Positions 31,201-41,787 of a stretch of 64,000 nucleotides of DNA are shown here, in pieces. The notes below the pieces were generated by a model. It searched no databases. It was not told where the DNA came from and saw nothing but the letters and a program-made list of their open reading frames with translations. Made by a program: the position numbers and the translations under genes. Position 1 is the first letter of the stretch, and each line of letters starts with the position of its first letter. The stretch comes from Spirochaetia bacterium (lineage in GTDB: Bacteria; Spirochaetota; Spirochaetia; SZUA-6; Bin103): contig OZ241907.1 of the NCBI GenBank assembly GCA_965203515.1, positions 2,592,001 through 2,656,000 on the forward strand, read 5' to 3'.

Positions 31201-32208
31201 ATGGGTACCTACATCGCCCGCCGGTTCGGCTACGCGGTGCTCACGTCGCTGGCCATCTCCCTGGTGGCGTTCCTGATCGTGCAGCTCCCGCCGGGTGACT
31301 TCGCCACCCATTACATACAGACCCAACTGGGCGCGGGTCAGGGCGCCGGCGCGTCCGGGAACATCATGGGCGATCCGGCCCTGGAGGCGCAATTACGCGC
31401 CGAATTCGGGCTCGACCGGCCGGTTTCCGTCCAGTACATCAGGTGGCTGCAACGCATCCTCACCGGCGACTGGGGGATGTCCTTTTCGTTCGGCCGACCG
31501 ATCGCCGACGTGATCGCCGACCGGCTCACCAATACCATCATCCTGGCCGTCGCCACCATCCTGTTTACCTGGGTTCTGTCGATCCCGATCGGCATCTACT
31601 CGGCGACGCACCAATACACGCCGCAGGACTACGCGGTCACGTTCGTCGGCTTCCTGGGTCTGGCGGTGCCGAACTTCCTGCTCGCTCTGGTACTCCTGTG
31701 GGCCGGGGCGTTGGTGTTCGGCTGGGAGATCGGCGGCCTGTACGCCCCGCAGTACCTCAACGAACCGTGGTCCTGGGCGAAGTTCGCCAGCATGCTGCCG
31801 CGTCTGGCCGTTCCGGCCATCGTGCTGGGCACCGCCGGCGCCGCTTCGCTGATCCGCATCACGCGCAACAACCTGCTCGACGAGCTGGGCAAGCAGTACG
31901 TGATGTCGGCGCGCGCCAAGGGCGTGTCCGAGCGGAAGCTCGTCTTCAAGTATCCGCTGCGTCTGGCGATCAATCCGGTCATCTCCAACGCCGCCTATCT
32001 GTTTCCGTTCCTGCTGAGCGGCGACGTGATAGTCGGCCAGGTCCTGAGCCTGCCGACCGTGGGACCGGTGCTCCTGCAGGCGGTCCTCAGCGAAGACCTG
32101 TATCTGGCGGCCACCGTCTTTCTCTGGCTCGGCATGCTCACCGTGATCGGCACGTTCATCTCCGATCTGATGCTGGCGGTCACCGACCCGCGCATACGGA
32201 TGGGTTGA
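31201..32208 (+). CDS. DppB/OppB-like permease
   Basis: LPPGD, GDWGMSF, ARAKG, DPRIR. Confidence 0.92.
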   Translation: MGTYIARRFGYAVLTSLAISLVAFLIVQLPPGDFATHYIQTQLGAGQGAGASGNIMGDPALEAQLRAEFGLDRPVSVQYIRWLQRILTGDWGMSFSFGRPIADVIADRLTNTIILAVATILFTWVLSIPIGIYSATHQYTPQDYAVTFVGFLGLAVPNFLLALVLLWAGALVFGWEIGGLYAPQYLNEPWSWAKFASMLPRLAVPAIVLGTAGAASLIRITRNNLLDELGKQYVMSARAKGVSERKLVFKYPLRLAINPVISNAAYLFPFLLSGDVIVGQVLSLPTVGPVLLQAVLSEDLYLAATVFLWLGMLTVIGTFISDLMLAVTDPRIRMG

Positions 32209-32212
32209 CGGA

Positions 32213-33355
32213 ATGGCCGCAGACTCCGACCGGGCCGCGGTCCGCCGCACGGCGGTCGAGGAAGACGAGCGCCAGTACGTCGCGGGTCAATGGACGCTCA
32301 TGTGGCGGCGCTTTCGCCGTCACAAGGCGGCGATCGCGTCGATGATCGTGGTGGCCCTGTTCTATCTGGTGGCGATCTTCGCCGACACGCTGTCGAGCGC
32401 CGATCCGGCGATATCGGACGAGCGGTTTCCGACCGTGCCGCCGCAGCGGCTGCGCCTTTTCGACGACGGTGCGCTGCGCCCGCACGTCTACGACCTGATC
32501 GGCAAACGCGATCTGACGACGTTCCGCAAGGTGTACGAACCCGACCCGGAGACCCGCCTGCGCGTCCGTCTGTTCGGCGACGGGTATGAGTACCGACTGC
32601 TCGGTCTGTTTCCCAGCACCACCCATTTCCTGGTGGTGGAAGGCCACGAGCGGCGGACGGCGCCGTACCTGTTCGGCACCGACGAGCAGGGGCGCGACAT
32701 CCTGTCGCGCATCGTGCACGGCACGCGCCTGTCGCTGTCGATCGGCTTTGTCGGCGTGGTGATCAGTCTGGTGCTCGGCATCCTGATAGGCGGGGCGTCG
32801 GGATACTATGGCGGAGCGGTCGATACGGCGATCCAGCGCCTGATCGAGCTGCTGCGCTCCCTCCCCACATTACCGCTCTGGATCGGGTTGGCCGCGGCGC
32901 TGCCGAGGGAGCTCACCGTACAGCAGCGGTACTTCGCTATCACCATCCTGTTGTCGCTGTTTGCATGGACGCAGGTCGCGCGGGAGGTGCGCGGTCGGTT
33001 CCTGGCGATGCGCGAAGAGGACTTCATCACCGCCGCGCGCCTGTCCGGCACGCGCGACCTCACCATCATCGTGCGCCACATGGTGCCGAATTTCGCCAGC
33101 CACCTGATCGCGACAGCGTCGCTGGCGATCCCGTTCATGATCGTGAGCGAGACCTCGTTGAGCTACCTGGGGCTCGGCCTGCAGGCGCCGGCGATCAGCT
33201 GGGGGGTGTTGCTCAAAGCCGCGTCGAACGCGCGCACGGTGGCGTCGCTGCCGTGGCTGATGATCCCGGCCATCCCCGTGATCGTGGCCGTGCTGGCGTT
33301 CAACTTCATGGGCGACGGCCTGCGCGACGCCGCCGACCCATACGACCGCAAGTAA
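32213..33355 (+). CDS. DppC/OppC-like permease
   Basis: FGTDEQGRD, ETSLSYLGLG, GDGLRDAADP. Confidence 0.92.
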   Translation: MAADSDRAAVRRTAVEEDERQYVAGQWTLMWRRFRRHKAAIASMIVVALFYLVAIFADTLSSADPAISDERFPTVPPQRLRLFDDGALRPHVYDLIGKRDLTTFRKVYEPDPETRLRVRLFGDGYEYRLLGLFPSTTHFLVVEGHERRTAPYLFGTDEQGRDILSRIVHGTRLSLSIGFVGVVISLVLGILIGGASGYYGGAVDTAIQRLIELLRSLPTLPLWIGLAAALPRELTVQQRYFAITILLSLFAWTQVAREVRGRFLAMREEDFITAARLSGTRDLTIIVRHMVPNFASHLIATASLAIPFMIVSETSLSYLGLGLQAPAISWGVLLKAASNARTVASLPWLMIPAIPVIVAVLAFNFMGDGLRDAADPYDRK

Positions 33356-33491
33356 CGGTCGGGCCGCGCCCGCGTGCATTGAGCCGGCCATGCCTTGGCA
33401 GGCGCGCGGCGATGCGGTAGCCTGTGGGTGCGGCCGGCGGTCGCGAGGTATCGTCGCAGCCGGACGACACGGGCAAGAGAAGGAGAGAGCT

Positions 33492-34817
33492 ATGGGCCGT
33501 AAGAGCATGTCAGGACTGCTGGCGGCATTGCTGCTGGCCGGCGGCGCGCCGCTGGCGCTGGGGCAGGAGGTGCAGCTTTCCATCCTGCAGTGGAGTCACT
33601 TCGTCCCCCGGTACGACGAGTGGTTCGACGCCTACGCGGAGAACTGGGGCAAGGAGAACGGCGTCAGCGTGCGCGTCGACCACGTCAACGTGCCGGAACT
33701 GCCGCCGGCGCTGGCCGCGGCGATCGAGGCCGGCGAGGGGCACAGCATCGTCGAGATGTTGTTCCCGGCCACCGCCTTCATCGAGGGGCTGCACCCGCTC
33801 AACGACGTCAACGAGGCGGCCGCCGCCGCCCACGGCGAGCGCACCGCGAACTGCCAGGCGACCAGCTACCTGCCGATCACCGACACCTACTTCGGCTTCA
33901 CGCACGGCTACATCCCCGACCCCGGCGACTACCAGATCAGCCTGTGGGAGAGCGTCGGCATGCCGGCCGGCCCCTCGACCTGGGACGAGCTGTACGAAGG
34001 CGGCAAGGCGATCATGGAACGGCACGGCGTGCCGGTCGGCATCGGCCTCAGCCCGGAGCTGGACAGCCGCATGGCCACGCGCGCGGTGATCTGGGCGCAC
34101 GGCGGCAGCGTGCAGGACGAGAACGAGAACGTCGTGCTCAACTCCCCGGAGACGATCGCGGCGGTCGAGTTCTACGCCAGGCTGCAGAACGACGCCATGA
34201 CCGACGAGGTGTTCGGCTGGACCGCCTCCTCCAACAACCAGGGGCTGATCGCCGGCGAGCTGAGCTACATCCTCAACTCGATCTCCGCCTACCGCTCGCT
34301 GCAGAAGATCGACGAGGACGCCGCCGCCGACATCGGCTTCGTGCAGGCGCTGGAAGGACCGGCCGGCGCCTTCGCCTCCAGCCACGTGTGGCAGATCTAC
34401 GTGATCCCCAAGTACGTGCAGGGCGCGGAGCTGGAAGCGGCCAAGCGGTTCATCCTGGATCACACGGCCACCTACCGCGACGCGGTGTACCACTCCGAGC
34501 TGTACAACTTCCCGTGCTACGCCGGCACGGTGCCGGAACTGACCGGTTGGCTGCGGAACGATCCGTTCGGCTCTCAGCCGGCCGACAAGCTCAAGGTACT
34601 GGAGACCGTCAACGACTGGTCGGTCTACATCGGCTACCCCGGCACCGCCAACCCGGCGGTGATGCAGGTCTTTGGCGAGAACGTCGTGGTCAACATGGTC
34701 GCCAGGGTCGCCAAGGGCGAGCAGACCGCCGAGCAATCGGTGGCGGCGGCGCATGCCCGCGCGGAGGAGATCTTCGCCGACTGGCGCGCCCGCGGTTACC
34801 TGCGCGGCGGCGAGTAG
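33492..34817 (+). CDS. Carbohydrate ABC substrate-binding protein (family 1)
   Basis: Signal peptide, QWSHFVP, PSTWDEL; AGGAG RBS. Confidence 0.85.
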   Translation: MGRKSMSGLLAALLLAGGAPLALGQEVQLSILQWSHFVPRYDEWFDAYAENWGKENGVSVRVDHVNVPELPPALAAAIEAGEGHSIVEMLFPATAFIEGLHPLNDVNEAAAAAHGERTANCQATSYLPITDTYFGFTHGYIPDPGDYQISLWESVGMPAGPSTWDELYEGGKAIMERHGVPVGIGLSPELDSRMATRAVIWAHGGSVQDENENVVLNSPETIAAVEFYARLQNDAMTDEVFGWTASSNNQGLIAGELSYILNSISAYRSLQKIDEDAAADIGFVQALEGPAGAFASSHVWQIYVIPKYVQGAELEAAKRFILDHTATYRDAVYHSELYNFPCYAGTVPELTGWLRNDPFGSQPADKLKVLETVNDWSVYIGYPGTANPAVMQVFGENVVVNMVARVAKGEQTAEQSVAAAHARAEEIFADWRARGYLRGGE

Positions 34818-34835
34818 GCCGGCGCGGCAACGGAG

Positions 34836-34869
34836 CGAAGGGCCGCGCGATGCGCGCCGCGGCCCTTCG
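34836..34869 (+). terminator. 12-bp stem-loop after the binding-protein gene
   Basis: CGAAGGGCCGCG (34836-47) pairs with CGCGGCCCTTCG (34858-69). Confidence 0.6.
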
Positions 34870-34935
34870 TACTCCACTCCATCGGTCTGCGGGAAGCATT
34901 CGCGGGGCGGCGGTTCGGGGCGCTGAGGCACGGAC

Positions 34936-36000
34936 GTGAGCGCGGTGCGCGTTGCCGGGATCGTGAAGCGCTTCGGCGATGTCGTAGCGATCGCCGGCGT
35001 CGATCTGGAGGTCGAATCGGGCGAGTTCCTGGTCGTGCTCGGGCCGTCCGGGTGCGGCAAGACCACCTTGATGCGCACGGTGGCCGGCCTGGAGAAGCCC
35101 ACCGAAGGGAGCGTGCGCATCGGCGCGCGCGACGTCACGGCGCTACCGCCGCGCAAGCGCGGCATCGCCATGGTCTTCCAGTCCTACGCGCTCTATCCGC
35201 ACATGACCGTGGCCAACAACATCGCCTTTCCGCTGAAGGCGCAGGGGCGCACCAGGAACCGGGCGGAGCGCGAGGAGCGGGTTCGGCAGGCGGCGCGCAA
35301 GGTGAGCATCGATCATCTGCTCGACCGGCGCCCGCGCCAGCTCTCCGGCGGCGAACGGCAGCGGGTGGCTATCGCCCGCGCGATCGTGACCGAGCCGGAG
35401 GTCCTGCTGCTCGACGAGCCGCTGAGCAACCTGGACGCCAAGCTGCGCGCCTATGCCCGCGACGAGCTGAAGTTCTTTCAGCGCGAGCTCGGCATCACCA
35501 CCATCTTCGTCACCCATGACCAGATCGAGGCGATGGGCCTGGGCGACCGCATCGTGGTGATGGAACGGGGACTGGTGCAGCAGGTCGGGCCGCCGCAGGC
35601 GATCTACGACCGGCCGGCCAACACCTTCGTCGCCACCTTTCTCGGCTCGCCGGGGATGAACCTGTTGCCGGTCGCCGAGGAGGAGCTGCTCGGCTTCCGG
35701 CCCGAGCATCTGCAGCCGGCGGCGCCGGGCGAAGGCGCCGTGCGCCGGGTCGACTATCACGTCACCCGCATCGAGTACCTGGGCGCCGACCGCCTGCTCT
35801 ACGGCCAGATCGACGACTTTCGCGGCCAGCCGCGCCTGACGCTGGCGCGGCTGCCGAGCAACGTGACCAAGCCGTTGCAGGTGGGCGCGTCGTACCCGTT
35901 CGCGGTCACGGCGTCGCACCGGTTCGACCGGCGCAGCGGCGAACGGCTGGACGGCGCCAGAGCCGGAGCCGGTGCGGGAGCCGAGGCCGCCCGCCGATGA
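34936..36000 (+). CDS. Carbohydrate ABC ATP-binding protein (MalK-like)
   Basis: [28 protein letters not shown]. Confidence 0.93.
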   Translation: MSAVRVAGIVKRFGDVVAIAGVDLEVESGEFLVVLGPSGCGKTTLMRTVAGLEKPTEGSVRIGARDVTALPPRKRGIAMVFQSYALYPHMTVANNIAFPLKAQGRTRNRAEREERVRQAARKVSIDHLLDRRPRQLSGGERQRVAIARAIVTEPEVLLLDEPLSNLDAKLRAYARDELKFFQRELGITTIFVTHDQIEAMGLGDRIVVMERGLVQQVGPPQAIYDRPANTFVATFLGSPGMNLLPVAEEELLGFRPEHLQPAAPGEGAVRRVDYHVTRIEYLGADRLLYGQIDDFRGQPRLTLARLPSNVTKPLQVGASYPFAVTASHRFDRRSGERLDGARAGAGAGAEAARR

Positions 36001-36944
36001 CCGCCGCCGGGGCGCGCGGCAGCCTGCTCGACAACCGCCGCCTCATGGGATTCGTCTTTCTGGCGCCGGCGGTGCTCTACATCGCCCTGCTCATCGGCGT
36101 GCCGTTCTTCACCGCCATCGCCTACAGCTTCAGCGACGCGACGGTCGGCAACGCCAGCCTGAGCTACGCCGGGTTGCGCAACTTCCGGAACGTCTGGAAC
36201 TCGCCCGACTTCCACGCCGCGCTGCGCAACACGTTCGCGTTTACCCTCATCGCGCAGTTCTTCGTGCTGATCCTGGCCAACGTCCTGGCGCTGATCCTCA
36301 CGGCGTCCCTGCCGCAGAACGGCTGGGCGCGCGGCGGCATGTGGGCGGCGCGGCTGCTGCTGATCATGCCGTGGGCCACGCCGCTGGCCCTGTCCGCGAT
36401 CGGCTGGCTGTGGATGTTCGATTCCAAGTACAGCCCGATCGACTACGTGTTGGAGCAGATCGGCCTGCTCGGCCCCGGCGCGGTCTGGGGGCCGTCCCGC
36501 AACCTGACGTGGCTGGGCAAGACCTGGCTGGCCAAGGCGTCGGTGATATTCGTGCACGTCTGGCGCATGACGCCGCTGGCGACGGTGATCCTGATGGCCG
36601 GCCTGTCGAGCATCCCCACCGATCTGGTCGACCAGGCCAAGGCGGACGGCGCGCGCTACTTCCGCGCGCTGTTCCAGGTGAAGCTGCCGTTGATCCTGCC
36701 GATCATGCTCAACTCGCTGCTGTTTTCCTTCATCTTCACGTTCGGCGATCTGACCGTGGTCTACGTGCTGACGCGCGGCGGGCCGATCAACCACACGCTG
36801 ACGCTGCCGATGTACAGCTTCCTGGTCGGCATCGACGGCGGCAATCTGTCGCAGGGCGCGGCGATCGCGCTGTTCATCTTCCCGGTGCTGCTGGGCGTGG
36901 CCGTGGTGCTGTTGCGCACGGCCAGCCGGGCGCAGGTGCGCTGA
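35997..36944 (+). CDS. Carbohydrate ABC permease
   Basis: GLRNF, MPWATP, AKADGA, LTRGGP. Confidence 0.9.
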   Translation: MTAAGARGSLLDNRRLMGFVFLAPAVLYIALLIGVPFFTAIAYSFSDATVGNASLSYAGLRNFRNVWNSPDFHAALRNTFAFTLIAQFFVLILANVLALILTASLPQNGWARGGMWAARLLLIMPWATPLALSAIGWLWMFDSKYSPIDYVLEQIGLLGPGAVWGPSRNLTWLGKTWLAKASVIFVHVWRMTPLATVILMAGLSSIPTDLVDQAKADGARYFRALFQVKLPLILPIMLNSLLFSFIFTFGDLTVVYVLTRGGPINHTLTLPMYSFLVGIDGGNLSQGAAIALFIFPVLLGVAVVLLRTASRAQVR

Positions 36945-37855
36945 TGGCCGACGGCTCGGCGACGCCGGAACGGGCGCGGAGCTCGTTCGCGCGCGTCGAT
37001 CCCCGGCCGCGCGTCGATCCCTGGCGCGTGGCCAAGGGCACGCTCTACACCGTGGCGGTGCTGGTGTTCTGCCTGCTGGCCGCATCGCCGTTCCTGATCA
37101 TGGGCATCACGACCTTCCAGACCGACCGCGACCTCTACCGGCGCGACGCCAACCCGTTCGACTACGCGGAGGCGCCGACCCTGGAGCACCTGGACAACCT
37201 GTTCAATGACACCAACTACGCGGTCTTCGTCCGCAACTCGGCGGTGGTGGGCGCGGCGGTGGTGGTGATCACGCTGGCGCTGGCGCTGCCGGCGGCCTAT
37301 TCGCTGGCCCGCCTGACCGGGCGCTGGGGGGAACGCGCCGGCATCCTGATGTTCATCGTCTACCTGGTGCCGCCGACGCTGCTATTCATCCCGCTGTTCC
37401 GCATCGTCGTGGCGCTGGGGCTGAACAACTCGCTGCTGTCGCTGATCGTGGTCTATCCGACGATCACGGTGCCGTTCAGCGCCTGGTTGCTGATGGGCTT
37501 CTTCAAGTCGATCCCGCCGGAGACCGAGGAGGCGGCGCAGGTCGACGGCTACCACCCCTACGGGGCCTTCCTGCGCGTGGCGCTGCCGCTGGCGCGGCCG
37601 GGCATCATTTCCGTGATCGTGTTCAGCTTCACGCTGACCCTGCACGAGTTCATCTACGCGCTGGTCTTCATCCAGCGCTCCGAATGGCGCACGCTGAGCG
37701 TCGGCGTGCCGTCGGAGCTGATCCTGGGCGACGTCTTCTTCTGGCAGCCGCTGCTGGCCTCGGCGCTGATCGTCGCCATCCCGGTCGGGCTGATCTACAA
37801 CGTCTTCCTGGACCGCCTGATCCAGGGCTTCACCGCGGGCGCCGTCAAGGGGTAG
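36944..37855 (+). CDS. Carbohydrate ABC permease
   Basis: AAYSLAR, EEAAQVDG, GAVKG end. Confidence 0.9.
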   Translation: MADGSATPERARSSFARVDPRPRVDPWRVAKGTLYTVAVLVFCLLAASPFLIMGITTFQTDRDLYRRDANPFDYAEAPTLEHLDNLFNDTNYAVFVRNSAVVGAAVVVITLALALPAAYSLARLTGRWGERAGILMFIVYLVPPTLLFIPLFRIVVALGLNNSLLSLIVVYPTITVPFSAWLLMGFFKSIPPETEEAAQVDGYHPYGAFLRVALPLARPGIISVIVFSFTLTLHEFIYALVFIQRSEWRTLSVGVPSELILGDVFFWQPLLASALIVAIPVGLIYNVFLDRLIQGFTAGAVKG

Positions 37856-39102
37856 AGCCGGTAGAGGACGATCGCCAGCACGCAGCCGGCGCAGCCGGCG
37901 ATGAAGACCGGATCGTAGCCCCAAGCGTCGATCACCGGACCGCCGCCGAAGCCGGCGGCGATGAATGACAGCGCCGCCGCCGTCTCGGTGACGCCGGCCA
38001 TGGTCGTCCGCCAGCGTGCGGAGACGCTGCTCATGGCGATGAGCACCAGCGCGGTACGGGCGACGTGGGTCAGGCCGTTGAAGCCGACCAGGGTGACGAG
38101 CGCGCCGAGCCGGGAGTCGAACAGCGCGATCGGCAGCATGACCAGCGCCACCGCCGACAGGGCGCCGATCAGCGTGCGGTCGGCCCCGAAGCGGCGGATC
38201 AGCTCGGCGGAGGCCAGCACCATCGGGATGGCCAGCGCCATGGACGCCGACCACGCCGTGCCGATCGCCTGCGAGGCGGCGCCATGCACCTGATCGAGGA
38301 AGACGCTGCCGTAGGTGTACATGATGGCGCCGGGCGTCACCCGCAGCCACATCACCAGGAACATCACCGCGATCGCCGCCACCGGCACCCGGTCGTCGGC
38401 CGGGGACGGCGACGGTCGGCCGTCGCGCGCAGCCGGCTGCGGGCCGACGTCCGCCGCGCGCGAGATCAGCAGCGGCGCCGGCATGGTGAGCACGCCGACC
38501 AGCGCCAGCGTCAGGGCGAACGGTTCGGGGTGCTGCTGGGTGAGCCGCAGCAGGTCGGCCGCCGCGGCCGACAGGAAGCCGCCGCCCAGGCTGCCGATCA
38601 GGCCGCCTCCCATGCCGGCCGCCGCCCACGCCGCATAGGCGCTGCCGTGCGTGCTGGGCGTCGACGCCGCCATCAGGTAGGGCTGCAGCGCCACCGTGTA
38701 CAGGCCAAGACCGAGCGAGCGGAGCAGCAGCGTGGCCATGATGAACGGCGTGCGCGCCGGCGCCGGCGCGAACAGCGCGAGCGGCACCAGCAGGTTGCTC
38801 GCCTGCGCCAGGATCGCGCCCAGTACCATCGCCGCCTGCGGCCGCATGCGCAGCGGCAGACCGCCGGCGCCGACCGTCACCGCGCAGGCCGCGTACATGA
38901 CCACGCTGATCGCATGCAGCCGGCCCACCGCGGCGACGCCGTAGCCCAGGCGGAGCAGAAACAGATTCATCACCGCGCTCTGCACGCCGAACACGGTGGC
39001 GGCGATCATCAGATCGGCGCCCAGCACCCACCAGACGTCCCGGCCCAGCCCGACGCCGGGGCCCGGTCCCGCGACGCCGCGGGCCGGCGAACGAGCGCTC
39101 AG
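37795..39102 (-). CDS. MFS transporter; start uncertain (CTG 39102 or GTG 39027)
   Basis: About 12 hydrophobic segments, NLFLLRLGY, RRFG loop. Confidence 0.75.
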   Translation of the reverse strand: MSARSPARGVAGPGPGVGLGRDVWWVLGADLMIAATVFGVQSAVMNLFLLRLGYGVAAVGRLHAISVVMYAACAVTVGAGGLPLRMRPQAAMVLGAILAQASNLLVPLALFAPAPARTPFIMATLLLRSLGLGLYTVALQPYLMAASTPSTHGSAYAAWAAAGMGGGLIGSLGGGFLSAAAADLLRLTQQHPEPFALTLALVGVLTMPAPLLISRAADVGPQPAARDGRPSPSPADDRVPVAAIAVMFLVMWLRVTPGAIMYTYGSVFLDQVHGAASQAIGTAWSASMALAIPMVLASAELIRRFGADRTLIGALSAVALVMLPIALFDSRLGALVTLVGFNGLTHVARTALVLIAMSSVSARWRTTMAGVTETAAALSFIAAGFGGGPVIDAWGYDPVFIAGCAGCVLAIVLYRLYPLTAPAVKPWIRRSRKTL

Positions 39103-40091
39103 CGGAGTTGGCTGACGGCGTTGCGCGGCTCGCCGCGCAGGAACGCCAGGATGTTGTCGACCGCGCCGCCGTTCAGCAGATCGACCCCTTCGGGGGTGGT
39201 GTCCGCGCAGTGCGGGGTGAGCACCACCTGCCGGCAGGAGAGCAGCGGGTCGTCCGGGGCGATCGGCTCCTCCGCGAACACGTCCAGGCCGGCCCCGCCC
39301 AGGTGGCCGGAGTCGAGCGCGGCCTTGAGCGCGGCGGCGTCGACGACCGGCCCGCGCGCGGTATTGACCAGCAGCGCGCCGGGCCGCATCCGCGCCAGCT
39401 CGCGGGCGCCGATCAGGCCGCGCGTCCGGTCCGTGAGCTTGACGTGGATGCTCACCGCGTCGGCGGCGGCCAGCAGCTCGTCCAGCTCCAGGAAGCGCAC
39501 CCCCAGCCGCTCCGCGCGCTCCGCCGACGGATGCGGCGTCCAGGCCGCCACCTCCATGCCGAGCGCGCGTCCCAGGCGGGCCACGGCGCCGCCGATGTCG
39601 CCGGCGCCGATCACCCCCAGCGTCTTGCCGCGCAGGTAGACCGTGTCCCGCCGCTCCCAGCGGCCCGCGCGCATCGACTCCGTAAAGAACGCCGCGCGCT
39701 TGGCCACCGCCATCAGCAGCGCCACCGCGTGCTCGGCGACGATCGGAGCGGTGCGGCCGGGCTGGTTGCAGACCATGATGCCGAGTGCCCGCGCCGCCGG
39801 CAGGTCGATGTTGTCGACGCCGATCGAGCAGGTGGAGATCAGCGCCAGCCGCGGCAGCCGGCGGAGCGCCTCACCCGGCCACGCCACCTGCGCCCGCGAG
39901 TTGAGGATGATCTCCGCGTCGCGGGCCCGCTCCACCTGCTCCTCCAGCCCGCCGGGCAGGTCGGTGAAGACCGTGACCCGGTGCGGTGCGAGCCGGCGCA
40001 GGTGCGGAGAGTCGGCGATATGCGGCGGATGGTCCCCCGGGATCACGACGTGCGCCCGCTCCGGTACCGCCCGTATCGGCTCAGCGCTCAT
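39099..40091 (-). CDS. D-2-hydroxyacid dehydrogenase (phosphoglycerate dehydrogenase-like)
   Basis: GVDNID, VAEHA, GVIGAGDIG, NTARG, LDVFAEEP, TPH. Confidence 0.92.
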   Translation of the reverse strand: MSAEPIRAVPERAHVVIPGDHPPHIADSPHLRRLAPHRVTVFTDLPGGLEEQVERARDAEIILNSRAQVAWPGEALRRLPRLALISTCSIGVDNIDLPAARALGIMVCNQPGRTAPIVAEHAVALLMAVAKRAAFFTESMRAGRWERRDTVYLRGKTLGVIGAGDIGGAVARLGRALGMEVAAWTPHPSAERAERLGVRFLELDELLAAADAVSIHVKLTDRTRGLIGARELARMRPGALLVNTARGPVVDAAALKAALDSGHLGGAGLDVFAEEPIAPDDPLLSCRQVVLTPHCADTTPEGVDLLNGGAVDNILAFLRGEPRNAVSQLR

Positions 40092-40182
40092 CGCGGCGAC
40101 AACGTAGGGGTTTGGCGGATGCGCGGCAAGCTCCGCGCAGCGCCCGCCCTGCGCCCGGCGCCCGAGCCTGCGACCGGCGGCC

Positions 40183-41055
<873 letters not shown>

Positions 41056-41139
41056 CGTACGTGCCGGATCGGGGCCGGTCGGCTCAGGGCCGGTCGGTCA
41101 GAGCCCGGTTCGAGAACCGCCGGATCGGGAAGGAGACCC

Positions 41140-41727
41140 TTACCACCACCCCATCTTGTTGCGCAGCGCGTTGACGTGGGCGATGTGGTGGCGGCCGTGC
41201 CATGCGTAGCTCTGCACGATCCAGCTGATGGTGATCACGCCGTGCTCCGGGTGATTGAGCGTACGCTTGAATGCCTCCCCGTCCATGGCGCGCAGCGCCA
41301 CCACCCAGCGGGAGTGGAGCGCTTCCAGCAGGCTCATGGACGATTCGATCGGCGCCGCCGAAGCGTCCGGCAGCTCGGCCCACGACGCCTGATCGTAGGG
41401 CTTGATGGTCGGTTCGTCCTCCGTCAGGGCCAGCTTGGTCCGCACGTAGGCGTTCAAGTGGCTGTCGGCCAGATGGTGCACGAGCTGGCGTACGGTCCAG
41501 CCGTCCGGGCGGTAGGGGGTGTCGAGCTGGCGCTCGGACAGATCCTGCACCAGAGCGCGCAGCTCGCCGGGAACCGCGCCGATATGATCGATCCAGCCCT
41601 TGTGCTTGGCGCGCGTCGGCTGCGGGTCCGCCTCGAAGCGGCCGATCGGGAACCGGAGGGTCTCCATCCGCGCGTCGTCGAGCGCCGCGCCTTCGGTCGT
41701 AGTCGTATCGTTTGCGTAGTCTTCCAC
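41140..41727 (-). CDS. YfiT/DinB-superfamily thiol transferase
   Basis: LRFPIG, YRPDGWTVRQLVHHLADSH, WHGRHH. Start could be ATG 41667. Confidence 0.9.
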   Translation of the reverse strand: MEDYANDTTTTEGAALDDARMETLRFPIGRFEADPQPTRAKHKGWIDHIGAVPGELRALVQDLSERQLDTPYRPDGWTVRQLVHHLADSHLNAYVRTKLALTEDEPTIKPYDQASWAELPDASAAPIESSMSLLEALHSRWVVALRAMDGEAFKRTLNHPEHGVITISWIVQSYAWHGRHHIAHVNALRNKMGWW

Positions 41728-41787
41728 TGCGGAGCTTTATACCGCCGCAACGGCGTCTCCGTCGAGCCGTGCTATCGTCAGGCCGCC

